28,717 nt of DNA from positions 1 through 28,717 of IMG/VR virus record IMGVR_UViG_3300042307_001470; one strand, written 5' to 3'. The DNA comes from a virus. Lineage: Duplodnaviria; Caudoviricetes. The notes below the pieces were generated by a model. It had not been told where the DNA came from and did not search any database. It saw only the letters and a program-made list of their open reading frames with translations. A program made the translations under genes and the position numbers. Of this stretch, positions 1-9,082 are shown one piece after another; position 1 is the stretch's first letter; every line of letters begins with the position of its first letter.

Positions 1-53
1 TCCCCGCTGTACGCCTCATGGGCACACGTGAACGGTAGAGGCGTTAACCTCAC
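1..53 (-). CDS. Probable head-to-tail stopper, N-terminal fragment (runs off window)
   Basis: GTG at 53 overlaps the adaptor stop (GTGA); MRLTPLPFTCAHEAYSG...; position after the adaptor. Confidence 0.5.
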   Translation of the reverse strand, partial: MRLTPLPFTCAHEAYSG

Positions 54-550
54 CGCCGCCAGCTCCCATCCAACGAGGGATACAGCGGCCGGCCAGACGG
101 CGTCAGGTTTGCGCCGCAGCTGCACTCGTGATTGCGGAAGAAGGTTTTGCAGCAGGCTTCGTCGTGTTGCTGAACAACCCCCGTTGGGATGGTGTCGTAG
201 CCCCACGCGGCGCCGCCGGTGTTTCCGTTGTACATCTTGCACAACGCCTGCAGCTGTTCGATTTCCGACGGCGTGTACATTCCGTAGCGGCGGACCGTTG
301 AATCGATTTGCACCGAGAACGGGCCGGCAGTTTGTGCGGTCACCGCGCCGGTGTCGGCGGCCTCCCAACGCAACACAGCCCCGCGGATAATCGCTTTAGC
401 TGCGTCGTCGTACGGGAAGTCGGGCTCGAGAATGCACGGGGCAATGACAGCGGCGAGCGCCAACGCGTCGTCGATCATCGCCTGTGCTTTATCGGGCGGG
501 ATACCCGGTGCGAACGGCGCCAGATCTTCCGGCGTGAGAGTGACAGTCAT
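50..550 (-). CDS. Head-to-tail adaptor
   Basis: Follows capsid gene; MIDDALALAAVIAPCI...AKAIIRGAVLRW...QTAGPFS pattern typical of mycobacteriophage adaptors. Confidence 0.8.
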   Translation of the reverse strand: MTVTLTPEDLAPFAPGIPPDKAQAMIDDALALAAVIAPCILEPDFPYDDAAKAIIRGAVLRWEAADTGAVTAQTAGPFSVQIDSTVRRYGMYTPSEIEQLQALCKMYNGNTGGAAWGYDTIPTGVVQQHDEACCKTFFRNHECSCGANLTPSGRPLYPSLDGSWRR

Positions 551-566
551 GGTGACCGCCGCAGAA

Positions 567-594
567 GAGGGCCCGAGGATCTGCCCGGGCCCTC
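567..594 (-). terminator. Stem-loop after major capsid gene (weak terminator or stabilising hairpin)
   Basis: GAGGGCCCG (567-575) / CGGGCCCTC (586-594); only a short TTCT tail on the minus strand. Confidence 0.45.
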
Positions 595-607
595 CTCTAG
601 CGGTTTA

Positions 608-1558
608 CTACTTCGCGGCCTTGGAGGTCGCGGCCGGGGCCTTCACCGGGTCCGGCGTGGTCGGCGTGCCCTCGATGACGGCGAACCGCTCAGAGAACAC
701 GAACCACGCGTAGACCAGCTCGACGCGGAACAACACCTCGTTGTGTCCGGCCAGGTCGCGGCCGGCGCCGTCGGGGTCACCGAACTCCAGCATGCGGAAA
801 GGAAAACTCTTCTGCACGCCCCAGCGGATACCGCCCTGGAAGTCGCCGAGGATTGCCTTGACGCCGTTGTCGGTGGGGTCGCCATCCTTCGCTTTGCCCG
901 AGACGGTGCTCGAGGTGGCCGAGTTGACGCCCTCGAACGATGAGATGCCGTTACCGAGACCCAACTCGGGGAACTTCTTGCGACCGTCCTGGTAGCGGGC
1001 GGTCGACAGGGTCCACGCGTAGCTCGGATCGAACGCGACACCGTTCACGCTGTAGCCGTCGGCGATGACCAGGCCGGCGGCCTGCTCGAAGTCCATGTCG
1101 GCCAAGCTCCCCGCCGGCACGCGCTTATCGGTCGTGTTGAGGTAGTTAGTCCAGCTTGGGATCTCGCTGTTGGTGCGCGGGTTCAGCCGGTAGTACAGGC
1201 CCAGATCGAGCGCGCGAGAGATGGCGCGAGCGCACTTCTCCTGAAACTTGTTGAGGATACCCAGCTGGTAATCCTCGTCGGCCCAGCGGAATTCATCCGA
1301 GGTCCGCATCTGAACGACGGCCTTGTGCGGCACCGCGGTCACAAACGAGGGGCGCGCTTCGTCCGCTGATTTGTGCGCCGACTCCTCGACGAACTCCGCC
1401 GACAAGTCCTCATCGAACGTGACGATGTTCAGGTTGCCGAACCGCATCGGCTCCTGTCCGGACAAGCTCGCGACGGTCGAGGCAGTCTTCGTCTTCTCGA
1501 CGATGCCAGACGCAATGTTAGTGGGAAGGAAGAGGTCGGTACTCTGTAGAGCAGCCAT
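608..1558 (-). CDS. Major capsid protein (HK97 fold)
   Basis: 316 aa after the scaffold; AEFVEES, KAVVQMRTSDEF, ILGDF, HNEVLFRVE motifs; AGGAG RBS. Confidence 0.92.
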   Translation of the reverse strand: MAALQSTDLFLPTNIASGIVEKTKTASTVASLSGQEPMRFGNLNIVTFDEDLSAEFVEESAHKSADEARPSFVTAVPHKAVVQMRTSDEFRWADEDYQLGILNKFQEKCARAISRALDLGLYYRLNPRTNSEIPSWTNYLNTTDKRVPAGSLADMDFEQAAGLVIADGYSVNGVAFDPSYAWTLSTARYQDGRKKFPELGLGNGISSFEGVNSATSSTVSGKAKDGDPTDNGVKAILGDFQGGIRWGVQKSFPFRMLEFGDPDGAGRDLAGHNEVLFRVELVYAWFVFSERFAVIEGTPTTPDPVKAPAATSKAAK

Positions 1559-1582
1559 ATTGTTTTACTCCTAGTGAATCGG

Positions 1583-2053
1583 TTACTGCCCGTTGATCGT
1601 TCGCAGAAAGTCGCGAGTCGGATCAGTCGGGGCGGGATTGGGTGTGCGACCCTCGCGGGGCACTACGTGCTTGCGCTTGCCCTGTCCAACCAGCCGGTCG
1701 ACCTGCTTCAGCAGGGTCTCCGGTTCGGTAGCAGTGAGGAACAACTCGGCGTCCTCGTCTGCAATTTCGTGCAGAACCACAAGGTGCGCCTTGAGCGCCT
1801 CAGTAACCCGCGACGGGATGCCGGCGACCTCAGAGTCGGCCTTAGCCAACCTGTCGGCGACCTTCTCAGCCTCGGACTTCTGCGCCTCTTCAATCTCATC
1901 GAGGCGACTGGCCTTGGCTTTCAACTCCTTGATTGCAGTCTTTTGGGCTGCAAGAGTTTTCACCAACGGGTGATCATCCGGGAGTTGCAGAGCGTCGGGG
2001 GTTACGTCCTCGGTTACCGTTTCGGCGACTTCGGCGGTTGTTACATCAGACAT
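1583..2053 (-). CDS. Capsid scaffolding protein
   Basis: Start reassigned to ATG 2053 (MSDVTTAE) with GGGAG RBS; acidic N-terminus, coiled coil (LDEIEEAQKSEAEK), C-terminal VPREG motif. Confidence 0.82.
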   Translation of the reverse strand: MSDVTTAEVAETVTEDVTPDALQLPDDHPLVKTLAAQKTAIKELKAKASRLDEIEEAQKSEAEKVADRLAKADSEVAGIPSRVTEALKAHLVVLHEIADEDAELFLTATEPETLLKQVDRLVGQGKRKHVVPREGRTPNPAPTDPTRDFLRTINGQ

Positions 2054-2108
2054 GCGGTGTTCTCCCATTTCGGAAGTGGCCCCGGTCCCATTTAGGGCGG
2101 GGAAGTCT

Positions 2109-2768
2109 CTATTTAAGGTTCTTCTTGATCCAGGCTCGCGCGGCAGCGTTGCCGCGCTCCTGCTGGTCGTAGAAGTCGCGGTCGTCGCGCTTCGAGGGTG
2201 TGTATTTCTGCACCGGAACCTCCCGGCCAACCCAAGCGGACGCCGCGCGGCAGTAGCAGTGATCGTGGCAAGCAAACCGAGCGGTAGCCTCAGTGAACAC
2301 ACCGCCACGACTAGCGACCATCTTGCAGAAGTTGCACGCATCCGGGCGGGTGATTCTGTACCACCCGCGGGCCTGCGGATCGCGCACGGTAGAACCGGTG
2401 ATCGTGCTGTTGGCGGAATTCGCGAGGCGCTTCTGCACACCGCCAGTCAGGCGGGACTTCGCCAGCGCCAGATCAGGTTCAGGCTGATACAGCGCCGCCA
2501 CCGACCACCCGATAAGGGCCTCGGTACCGAGGTCCCCCAGCGGCGCCACGATGGCTTGAAAAGTGCCCTCGATTTCTTCGCGTTCACGTTCGGCGTCATA
2601 CCACTCGGCGGCAACGGCGGACGCGGCTAGCGCCCACTCATCCACCTGAGCGGGGACCACATCCCACAGCGCGGCGGCCACCAGCTCCGGATTCTCCAGC
2701 GCCCACAGCTGCTCAAGCTCGGACGCGGCCAAGCCGGTCACCAACTCGAGGTCAGTTGCCAGCGACAT
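2109..2768 (-). CDS. Capsid maturation / MuF-like minor head protein
   Basis: Between portal and scaffold; WYRITRPDACNFCKMVASRG...HDHCYC zinc motif typical of this slot in actinophages. Confidence 0.72.
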   Translation of the reverse strand: MSLATDLELVTGLAASELEQLWALENPELVAAALWDVVPAQVDEWALAASAVAAEWYDAEREREEIEGTFQAIVAPLGDLGTEALIGWSVAALYQPEPDLALAKSRLTGGVQKRLANSANSTITGSTVRDPQARGWYRITRPDACNFCKMVASRGGVFTEATARFACHDHCYCRAASAWVGREVPVQKYTPSKRDDRDFYDQQERGNAAARAWIKKNLK

Positions 2769-4272
2769 TTGCGGTAGGTTCTGTCACCGCGGCCGCAACA
2801 TCCGGCGCCGCCGGCAGAGCCTGCTGTTGTTGCTTCAACGCGTCCAACGCCGACCGCATCACCGTCGCGGTGCCCACCGCCCGGCGCTTCTCCGACATTG
2901 CGCGGGCGATCTGCTGATCATCCAGACCCAGCAACTCGAGCCCCACCTCAGTCTCGGCAAGCCACGGCACCGCGGCAAGTTTCTTCATGCCGGCATCCGC
3001 GACCGCGGACTGGCTCAGGTACTCCGGGTTACGCCACTTGGTGTCGATGGTCTGCCACTCTGCCGGCACAGCGGTTAAGCCGTTTTGGATTGCGAGTGCG
3101 CGCATCATGGCCCGACGCAACGCCGGCGCCCAATTTGCCATCGCGTCCTCGGCCGTGCGAACCAGAGCGCGGTCGGCGGCGTCGGTGCCGTCCGCGGTGG
3201 TCGTGTTGGTGCGGGCCTGCACGCCTAATTCCGTTACCGGAATGGAAGTTTGGCCCGAAAAATTATTTGCATGCTGCTGGAACAGGTCGATATGCGGCTG
3301 CGGGCTGTGCGCCTGAAACTGTTTGATATCCGCCCTGGCAAGTTGTGGGTCGGCGTCCGGATCATCCGGCACACCCTTAATGCGGCCCAACATGACCTGC
3401 CAGCTCGGCTTAACCGAGCCGTCGGCGTTGCGGAAGACGGACTCATCCGCACCCAACATCCACAACTCCGGATAGGAGAACACATCCGCGTGCCCTTCCA
3501 TGCGAATAAGCGTTCGTATTGCCTGATCGTGAATCGCCATAACCGGCCGGCTGATACGCGACGTTCCAAACGGCCGGCGCACCTGCGGGCGATACACCAA
3601 AGCCTCCACCGGCACGCCGTACGGGTGCCGGACCCGGTCCACGAACCACTCGCCGCCGTCGCGGACGGCGGTAATCGTTTCGCCGTCCAGATACAGGGCA
3701 AGCTCGGTCGGCGCCTTCGACTCCGTACACCACCCCGTGATCGAGAGAAGGTTATCCATGCGGCGAGTCCGCGGGTTGTAGTCACCCGTCGCGGATAAGC
3801 CGTCCTTGATATGGATGAGGCTGTCCGGCTCGTCGGTGTCACCGTTGGTGTTAATCAGGAACGCGACACCATGAATTAGAGAAGCCACAAACGCGGCGTT
3901 AGACTCGGCGCCGAAGTAATTTTGCTCCCAGACGTCTCTAAAACCGAGAGAGTTTAAGTCGCCGTCAGTCCACACGAATCGGTCTAGGTTCGTGCGTTGC
4001 GCCAGAGCGTCAACGGCCTTAGCGGACCATCCGAGCGTGAGTCCCAAGTTGTAGTATTGCGGCGGAATGATCGTTCCGACCTGCTGAACCGCGCGGCGGC
4101 CATCGTAATACGACTCCCGCAAAATGTTTCGCGGTGTGCGGTCGTGCAACTGCCGCAACAGATGATTAAGCAGCAGATCCTCATCGTAGGACAAGTCCGG
4201 AAGATGGATTGTCCAGTAGTCGGTAGTCCATAGCGACGTATAGTGCTCGCCGCCACCGTAAGCGGGAATCAT
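2752..4272 (-). CDS. Portal protein (SPP1 gp6-like)
   Basis: Start reassigned to ATG 4272 (ATGA overlap with terminase stop); YYDG, GWSAKAVD, RPFGTSRISRPV motifs. Confidence 0.9.
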   Translation of the reverse strand: MIPAYGGGEHYTSLWTTDYWTIHLPDLSYDEDLLLNHLLRQLHDRTPRNILRESYYDGRRAVQQVGTIIPPQYYNLGLTLGWSAKAVDALAQRTNLDRFVWTDGDLNSLGFRDVWEQNYFGAESNAAFVASLIHGVAFLINTNGDTDEPDSLIHIKDGLSATGDYNPRTRRMDNLLSITGWCTESKAPTELALYLDGETITAVRDGGEWFVDRVRHPYGVPVEALVYRPQVRRPFGTSRISRPVMAIHDQAIRTLIRMEGHADVFSYPELWMLGADESVFRNADGSVKPSWQVMLGRIKGVPDDPDADPQLARADIKQFQAHSPQPHIDLFQQHANNFSGQTSIPVTELGVQARTNTTTADGTDAADRALVRTAEDAMANWAPALRRAMMRALAIQNGLTAVPAEWQTIDTKWRNPEYLSQSAVADAGMKKLAAVPWLAETEVGLELLGLDDQQIARAMSEKRRAVGTATVMRSALDALKQQQQALPAAPDVAAAVTEPTANVAGN

Positions 4273-5714
4273 AAAAGGATTGCCGCCTTTCTGTTCGCGG
4301 AAGTGCGCTCGCCCGTCGTGCGCCGGCGCGTAGAAGACGCGGACAGCAGCGCAAGAGTGCAAGCGACTAGAGGATGGATCTGGGAAGAGGCATCGCGGCG
4401 GTCCCAACCCCACCCGCCGGCATCGCCAATCGGTCGTTTCTTGGCGCCGGCAACCGCGGCCGCCAACTGAGCCTGCCCCGCGTGCGACACCGTGCCGGCG
4501 CCCGCGCGAGACTCGAACTGCAAGCAGCCCTTAGCCATATCGCGGGCCGTGCTCTTTCGAACCTTAACCCGGCGGTTAATCAGCTCCGGCACCATCTGCG
4601 ACGCCGGGCTCAGGTCGTCGATAACAACCTCGGTGCGCCGGCCGGCCGCGGTAGCAATCCACTGCACGGCCGCGGCAACATCGCCGCCCGCCCACACTTC
4701 CTCAACGTGGATTGAGTCCTCAACCACCCACGCCGCGGCGACGCTTATTTGCATCGCGTGCGACATGTCGACGCCAAACGCCGTCGGCGGCGTCTCCGAG
4801 TCCGGGCCCGGCGCGTTCAGCTTGCGCCACACCGCCGCCGGGATAACCGGCATATGTGCGGCGGCCTCATTCCAAATGCCGAGGCGCTCTAGCCGGAACT
4901 GCTCCTCCGACATGGACGCCAGCTCAGTCGCGACGGCCTCCTGGGAAATGCGAGAACCGTAGGCGGGGTTTGCTTTAGCCCACGTGAGGGGGTCGTCGAT
5001 CGGGTCGTCCGACTCCGCCGCCCACTCCAAGTAGGCGACCGTGTTTTCCCGGCCAAGGACGCCCAGGTTTCTCATCCGCTCGAAAACTTCGCCATCATCA
5101 TTTTCTGTTGGCGGTGTTCCGAGTAGCCACGCCTGAGGGTTGGGGCGGGCACTCATCGTGGGCAGGATCGCTGACCAACTAGAGGGAGAGAGAATCTGTG
5201 CCTCATCGAGCAAGAGGCAATCACAAGAGAAGCCACGGCCGGAGCCAGTCGAGCGGGCCTTAAACCTTATTGTCTGACCGGACTTGAAACGTATGTACTC
5301 GCGGTTAACGGCGCGCATAACGGACTCGACGCGCTCTTCCAAGTTAGGAAATTGCTCGATAATGCCGAGCAGCCTGCCAAAGACCTCTCTGGCCGTGTCC
5401 TGCTGATGCGCGCTAACGATGATCGTTTGTTCTCCAAACAAGAGAATCCCAGCGAGGGCTCGGGCGACGATGATCTCGCTTTTGCCGTTCTGACGCGGGG
5501 CACTGATCGCCACCTGACGGGCCGCCCACTGACCATCCGGGCGTTCACCCATCGCAGCCTGTAGAACAGTCTCCTGCCACGGATCCAGCACAACGCCGAA
5601 ACCCGCGGCAAGGTCCGAGACGTCCTGCCAGCTATTTTGCCGCGTCTTTGGCCCGTGCAGCACCCTTGGCGGCGCTTGCACGCCTAGCAGCCCTACGCCG
5701 CGCGATTTCGTCAA
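4269..5714 (-). CDS. terL: Terminase large subunit
   Basis: LDPWQ, APRQNGKS Walker A, GRGFSCDCLLLDEAQ Walker B, GTPP coupling motif, C-terminal FGVDM nuclease motif; start uncertain (TTG 5714, GTG 5723 or ATG 5750). Confidence 0.95.
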   Translation of the reverse strand: MTKSRGVGLLGVQAPPRVLHGPKTRQNSWQDVSDLAAGFGVVLDPWQETVLQAAMGERPDGQWAARQVAISAPRQNGKSEIIVARALAGILLFGEQTIIVSAHQQDTAREVFGRLLGIIEQFPNLEERVESVMRAVNREYIRFKSGQTIRFKARSTGSGRGFSCDCLLLDEAQILSPSSWSAILPTMSARPNPQAWLLGTPPTENDDGEVFERMRNLGVLGRENTVAYLEWAAESDDPIDDPLTWAKANPAYGSRISQEAVATELASMSEEQFRLERLGIWNEAAAHMPVIPAAVWRKLNAPGPDSETPPTAFGVDMSHAMQISVAAAWVVEDSIHVEEVWAGGDVAAAVQWIATAAGRRTEVVIDDLSPASQMVPELINRRVKVRKSTARDMAKGCLQFESRAGAGTVSHAGQAQLAAAVAGAKKRPIGDAGGWGWDRRDASSQIHPLVACTLALLSASSTRRRTTGERTSANRKAAILL

Positions 5715-5904
5715 CTGTGTCACCCTTCGGGGCGGCCGGCGCCAGCTCATCTATCCGGGCGATAACGTCGACCAGGCGGGCGTAGAGCGCGGTTCGGTCA
5801 CGCATGGCGGCGCACACCTCAAGGTCGGCGGCGATTTGGTCTCGCACGGCCCGCAGAGTGGCTAATTGCTCCCCGGTGGCGGCCGCGTCAACGATGGAGG
5901 ACAA
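5632..5904 (-). CDS. terS: Terminase small subunit
   Basis: Small helical protein overlapping the terL start; DTVDEIARRRAARR C-terminus typical of actinophage TerS. Confidence 0.78.
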   Translation of the reverse strand: MSSIVDAAATGEQLATLRAVRDQIAADLEVCAAMRDRTALYARLVDVIARIDELAPAAPKGDTVDEIARRRAARRASAAKGAARAKDAAK

Positions 5905-6074
5905 GGAAAACCGGCCCCCCTAATGTGGTAATGCTCTTCGTGTGTGAGAGTGGCCTATGCGCCTCGAGATGGTTAGGCAAAACCCCAGGTCAGAGGCCCC
6001 CACCCTGGGCGGTTTGTCTCTGTTTTAGCCACCGTTTTCGCTGTTCTAGATACAAACTGTCGCTGTTTTAGCGA
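5905..6074. other. Probable cos region (genome end junction); candidate overhang CTCGAGGCGCAT on minus strand at 5957-5968
   Basis: Non-coding gap between HNH and terS, where cos lies in many actinophages; candidate resembles recalled mycobacteriophage overhangs ending in GCAT; nearby CTGTTTTAGC repeats. Confidence 0.55.
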
Positions 6075-6380
6075 CTAAGTCCAGCGCCGCTCGGTGACAT
6101 AGGTCGCGCCTGTTGGTAATGGAATAGAGACACCCTTGGCCCTATTGCATACCCGATGGCTGGGCACCTTCTGCACCGAGCCATCGGGGTTGGTGAGCTC
6201 ATCGAGCCCACCCTTCGCTAGGGGGATGACGTGGTCCACCTGGTAGGCAAGAGGGTCTAACCAATCGGCGGTGTAGTCAATGTCCTCGCCGCACCAGTGA
6301 CACGGCGGCTGACCCTTAGCGAGGATGCGTCGGTGGTGGTTGCGCTTAGTCGAGTCACGCTTGACGGGGGTCACGCCCAT
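6075..6380 (-). CDS. HNH endonuclease (packaging-associated)
   Basis: CHWC...VDHVIPLAKGG...SHRVCNRAKG motif directly upstream of terS. Confidence 0.92.
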   Translation of the reverse strand: MGVTPVKRDSTKRNHHRRILAKGQPPCHWCGEDIDYTADWLDPLAYQVDHVIPLAKGGLDELTNPDGSVQKVPSHRVCNRAKGVSIPLPTGATYVTERRWT

Positions 6381-6381
6381 G

Positions 6382-6447
6382 TCAGCACACAGAGACGAAC
6401 ACGCCGAGCGCCCACAGCGTCACGTTAACCACAGTGCACACGTCCAC
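6382..6447 (-). CDS. Putative 21-aa hydrophobic microprotein
   Basis: MDVCTVVNVTLWALGVFVSVC; GTG overlaps the upstream TAG and the stop sits 1 nt before the HNH ATG. Confidence 0.35.
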   Translation of the reverse strand: MDVCTVVNVTLWALGVFVSVC

Positions 6448-6797
6448 TACGACTCATCCTCATCGGGCTCGCCGTTGTTGTCGTGCTTGTCGATCATGTC
6501 CCACGCGATGGCGAGTGCATCGTCGCGCATGTCGAGCGCGTCCTCGAGCTGAGCTACACGCGCTGTAAGGCGCGCTACCTCATCGCATTTGATTACGAGT
6601 AGGTAGACACTCAACGCCATATTGCGTAGACCCGGCCTCGGATCCTCAGTCTCCCGGCCCGCACGAATAAACTCGTGCACGCTCTGCTCGATAAACGCGG
6701 CGTCAGTATCGCCGGGGCGCTGTTGACGGTATGACGCCAGCTCCTGGCGTGTGCGCTCACATACGCTAGCGAGGGAAGCAAAGGCGGCCTCAAACAT
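6447..6797 (-). CDS. Hypothetical coiled-coil protein
   Basis: TGATG overlap with the methyltransferase stop; helical with acidic tail. Confidence 0.7.
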   Translation of the reverse strand: MFEAAFASLASVCERTRQELASYRQQRPGDTDAAFIEQSVHEFIRAGRETEDPRPGLRNMALSVYLLVIKCDEVARLTARVAQLEDALDMRDDALAIAWDMIDKHDNNGEPDEDES

Positions 6798-8005
6798 CAG
6801 GACGCCCGCTCAATCCGCGACACGATCAGCGGCATGTATTCGGACTCGCGCTCAATGGCCACGCACGCGAAACCCTCAAGCAAACAAGCCTCTACGGTGG
6901 CGCCGCTACCGGCGAACGGCTCGAGCACAGTACCGCCGGGAGGGGTGATGAGACGTACCAACCATTGCATCAGGGCTAAGGGCTTGACGGTTGGATGGCG
7001 TACGCCGTTAACGTCGGGGCGCTCTTTGGTCGGCGCCTTGGCCTGATAGCGGAATGTGGGGAAGAATCGGGACGCGCCGCCGGAGTCGGCGTGACCCTCT
7101 GGCCGACCGTCCCGCAGTTCCCCAACTTCCCCCATGATTCCCGCCGAACGACCACGCCGCTTGATTCCGACCGCGGGTGTGGACTTGCTAACCCCGCTCT
7201 GCTCATCCACCTCAGCGGCGGCGGCGGGGTCGAGAAGGACGTTCGCGGGCCAACGGCCGGCGTCTGATGGCGCAAAGGTCTGCCGAGTCTGCGCGGGCGC
7301 GTAACTTGACTTCGCGGTATTCACGCCCTGCGTCACTGAGTTTTCGGGGTAGCCGTCAGTTGCAGCTACACGGCACCCGTCAACATTCAACGCCCCGACG
7401 CCATGCTCCAACACATTGCCGGCGACGGTACCGCGGAACGGCTTACGCGCCAACACGATCGGCTCGAACGCGGGTTTAAGTGCGGTGCCCCAACCGTGCC
7501 ACTGTTTCGCGGCGTCGGTGGCGGGGGCGGTGATGTCCGGAAGGCCATCAAGTTCCTGAACTCCGTGACAGAACTTGCGGCCCTTGCCGCCGCTGGTTCC
7601 TTCTGGGCTTCGGTACTTGCCAATAACCTCTCGCTCAGCGCCCGCCGCCTTGTCAATCGCCTTGCCCACGTCCAACGACTTAGGAAACCCGCTCCCGTAC
7701 AGCCACGCCAAGTTGTCTCTAATTTCGAACCCGGCATCCTCGATGGCTACCGCGAGCCGGTGCCATGTGCGCGTCCCGCCGAACGCCACCATGTGGCCGC
7801 CCGGCTTGAGAACGCGGAGGGCCTCTTTCCAGAGAACGGGGTTAAACGCGATAGCGCCAACGTCCCACGCCTTGCCCATAAACCCGAGACCGTACGGCGG
7901 GTCGGTGACAATGCTGTCGACGCTGTTGTCGGGTAGGTCGCGGATAACGTCCAAGCAGTCGCCGTGGTGCAGCGTCACAGTCTCGGTCTGGTGGTGGACA
8001 GACAA
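6797..8005 (-). CDS. Orphan DNA methyltransferase (N6-adenine/N4-cytosine, beta class)
   Basis: LHHGDCLD, VTDPPY catalytic motif preceding HPTVKP and LEPFAGSG SAM-binding motif; GGAGG RBS. Confidence 0.93.
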   Translation of the reverse strand: MSVHHQTETVTLHHGDCLDVIRDLPDNSVDSIVTDPPYGLGFMGKAWDVGAIAFNPVLWKEALRVLKPGGHMVAFGGTRTWHRLAVAIEDAGFEIRDNLAWLYGSGFPKSLDVGKAIDKAAGAEREVIGKYRSPEGTSGGKGRKFCHGVQELDGLPDITAPATDAAKQWHGWGTALKPAFEPIVLARKPFRGTVAGNVLEHGVGALNVDGCRVAATDGYPENSVTQGVNTAKSSYAPAQTRQTFAPSDAGRWPANVLLDPAAAAEVDEQSGVSKSTPAVGIKRRGRSAGIMGEVGELRDGRPEGHADSGGASRFFPTFRYQAKAPTKERPDVNGVRHPTVKPLALMQWLVRLITPPGGTVLEPFAGSGATVEACLLEGFACVAIERESEYMPLIVSRIERAS

Positions 8006-8214
8006 AGTAAGCCCACCTCCGCGCGATTAGTTTTTGGTGGCCGCGCGGCCGCGCAGCATGCAGCCTCACGCCTTATCGGGCGTATAGGTAAAGGGGGGTC
8101 CCGTGTGGGTGAGGGTTGCTGCGCGGCCGGCTGCGGCCGCATCAAGAGGGTTGCGGGTGCTGACCTGTAAATGGGTAGCGTTTTCCCCAACCTCAATAAT
8201 ACTAACATGCGAGC

Positions 8215-8239
8215 GTCACATGAAATGGCTGCATATTCG
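8215..8239 (-). promoter_or_regulatory. 25-bp element, copy 1, in a candidate promoter for the methyltransferase-HNH operon
   Basis: Minus strand CGAATATGCAGCCATTTCATGTGAC, identical to 10218-10242 (+); followed by TAGTATTAT (-10-like). Confidence 0.7.
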
Positions 8240-8409
8240 ATGGGGCTCTGAGAGGCTCTGTAAGCGACGAAAACGGTCTCGCCTAAGGATTCATAGAGGG
8301 AAGCTGTTTAAGTCGCTTAGCATTCGATCTGGGGGCCCTTACGGGCATTGCTGCATGTCGGCCGGTGGCGCCGTGGCGCTGCCGGGGCCACCGCGGGTGC
8401 ATCCGGCGT

Positions 8410-8425
8410 TCGAACACGCGTTCGA
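8410..8425. promoter_or_regulatory. Actinobacterial LexA (SOS) box
   Basis: TCGAAC-ACGC-GTTCGA, perfect match to TCGAAC-N4-GTTCGA. Confidence 0.75.
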
Positions 8426-8435
8426 TGATGGCTAG

Positions 8436-8444
8436 TTATCCACA
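8436..8444 (+). promoter_or_regulatory. DnaA box
   Basis: TTATCCACA within AGTTATCCACAGGCT, which recurs at 8730-8744. Confidence 0.65.
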
Positions 8445-8693
8445 GGCTGGCCGGCCTGGGGCGGCCCAGGGCAGTCCAGGGCACCAACGCAACGCGCTGA
8501 CCTGCAGTAGGGCACCTAGGGCAGCATTTCGCCATTGTCACCCTCAAACGCTATACGCTATTCCCTATATGCACTCTATTAACATTAGTAACAACATATG
8601 AGCGATAATGGACAACTACTGCCCTAGGTGCCCTACTGCAGGTCAGAGCGTTTCCTAGGTGCCCTGGGCTTTCCCGTTACTGCCCTGCGTTGT

Positions 8694-8709
8694 TAGAACA
8701 CGCGTTCGA
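8694..8709. promoter_or_regulatory. Second LexA (SOS) box
   Basis: TAGAAC-ACGC-GTTCGA, one mismatch to consensus, same spacer as the first box. Confidence 0.65.
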
Positions 8710-8731
8710 ACACTGCTGGAGTGCCGCGAAG

Positions 8732-8740
8732 TTATCCACA
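8732..8740 (+). promoter_or_regulatory. Second DnaA box
   Basis: TTATCCACA, same orientation and flanks as the first. Confidence 0.65.
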
Positions 8741-9076
8741 GGCTTTCCGTGGCACCGTACCCGCGGTGGCACCAGTAATCGACGCTTGCAAGGCTGTAAG
8801 CATTCGCACTCGCGACACGCCGGATTCCTGCCGATTTAAGAATGTGTGATAGGCATCACGTGTCCTTGTTGCACGTGCAAAATGCGTGAGCAACTGCGTA
8901 CGCATCGCCGCCGATATAGGACGTGACAATTGCAGCTAGTGCCGGCTTTCGCGCAATTCCCCAATATCTAAAACAGAGAAATGGCCTGGTGGGGGCCGTT
9001 TTACATTTGGTGTGGATGATTTGCAAAGTTCGCTGCGCGGCCGCGATTCCGCGGAACAAATGCGGCAACGGGCCGT

Positions 9077-9082
9077 TATAGT
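9077..9082 (+). promoter_or_regulatory. Candidate -10 element of the early rightward promoter
   Basis: TATAGT about 100 bp upstream of the first plus-strand gene; no good -35. Confidence 0.3.

Larger units (their letters stand above)
8387..8770. other. Candidate replication origin (iterons in inverted arrangement around an AT-rich core)
   Basis: Perfect 28-bp inverted repeat 8497-8524/8619-8646; four AGGGCA left and four TGCCCT right; 94-bp core of about 62% AT; outer 12-bp inverted repeat 8387-8398/8759-8770. Confidence 0.68.

Noticed and set aside
6075-8005. Restriction-modification pair (HNH plus methyltransferase)
   Set aside because: The HNH is the small terminase-associated type next to terS
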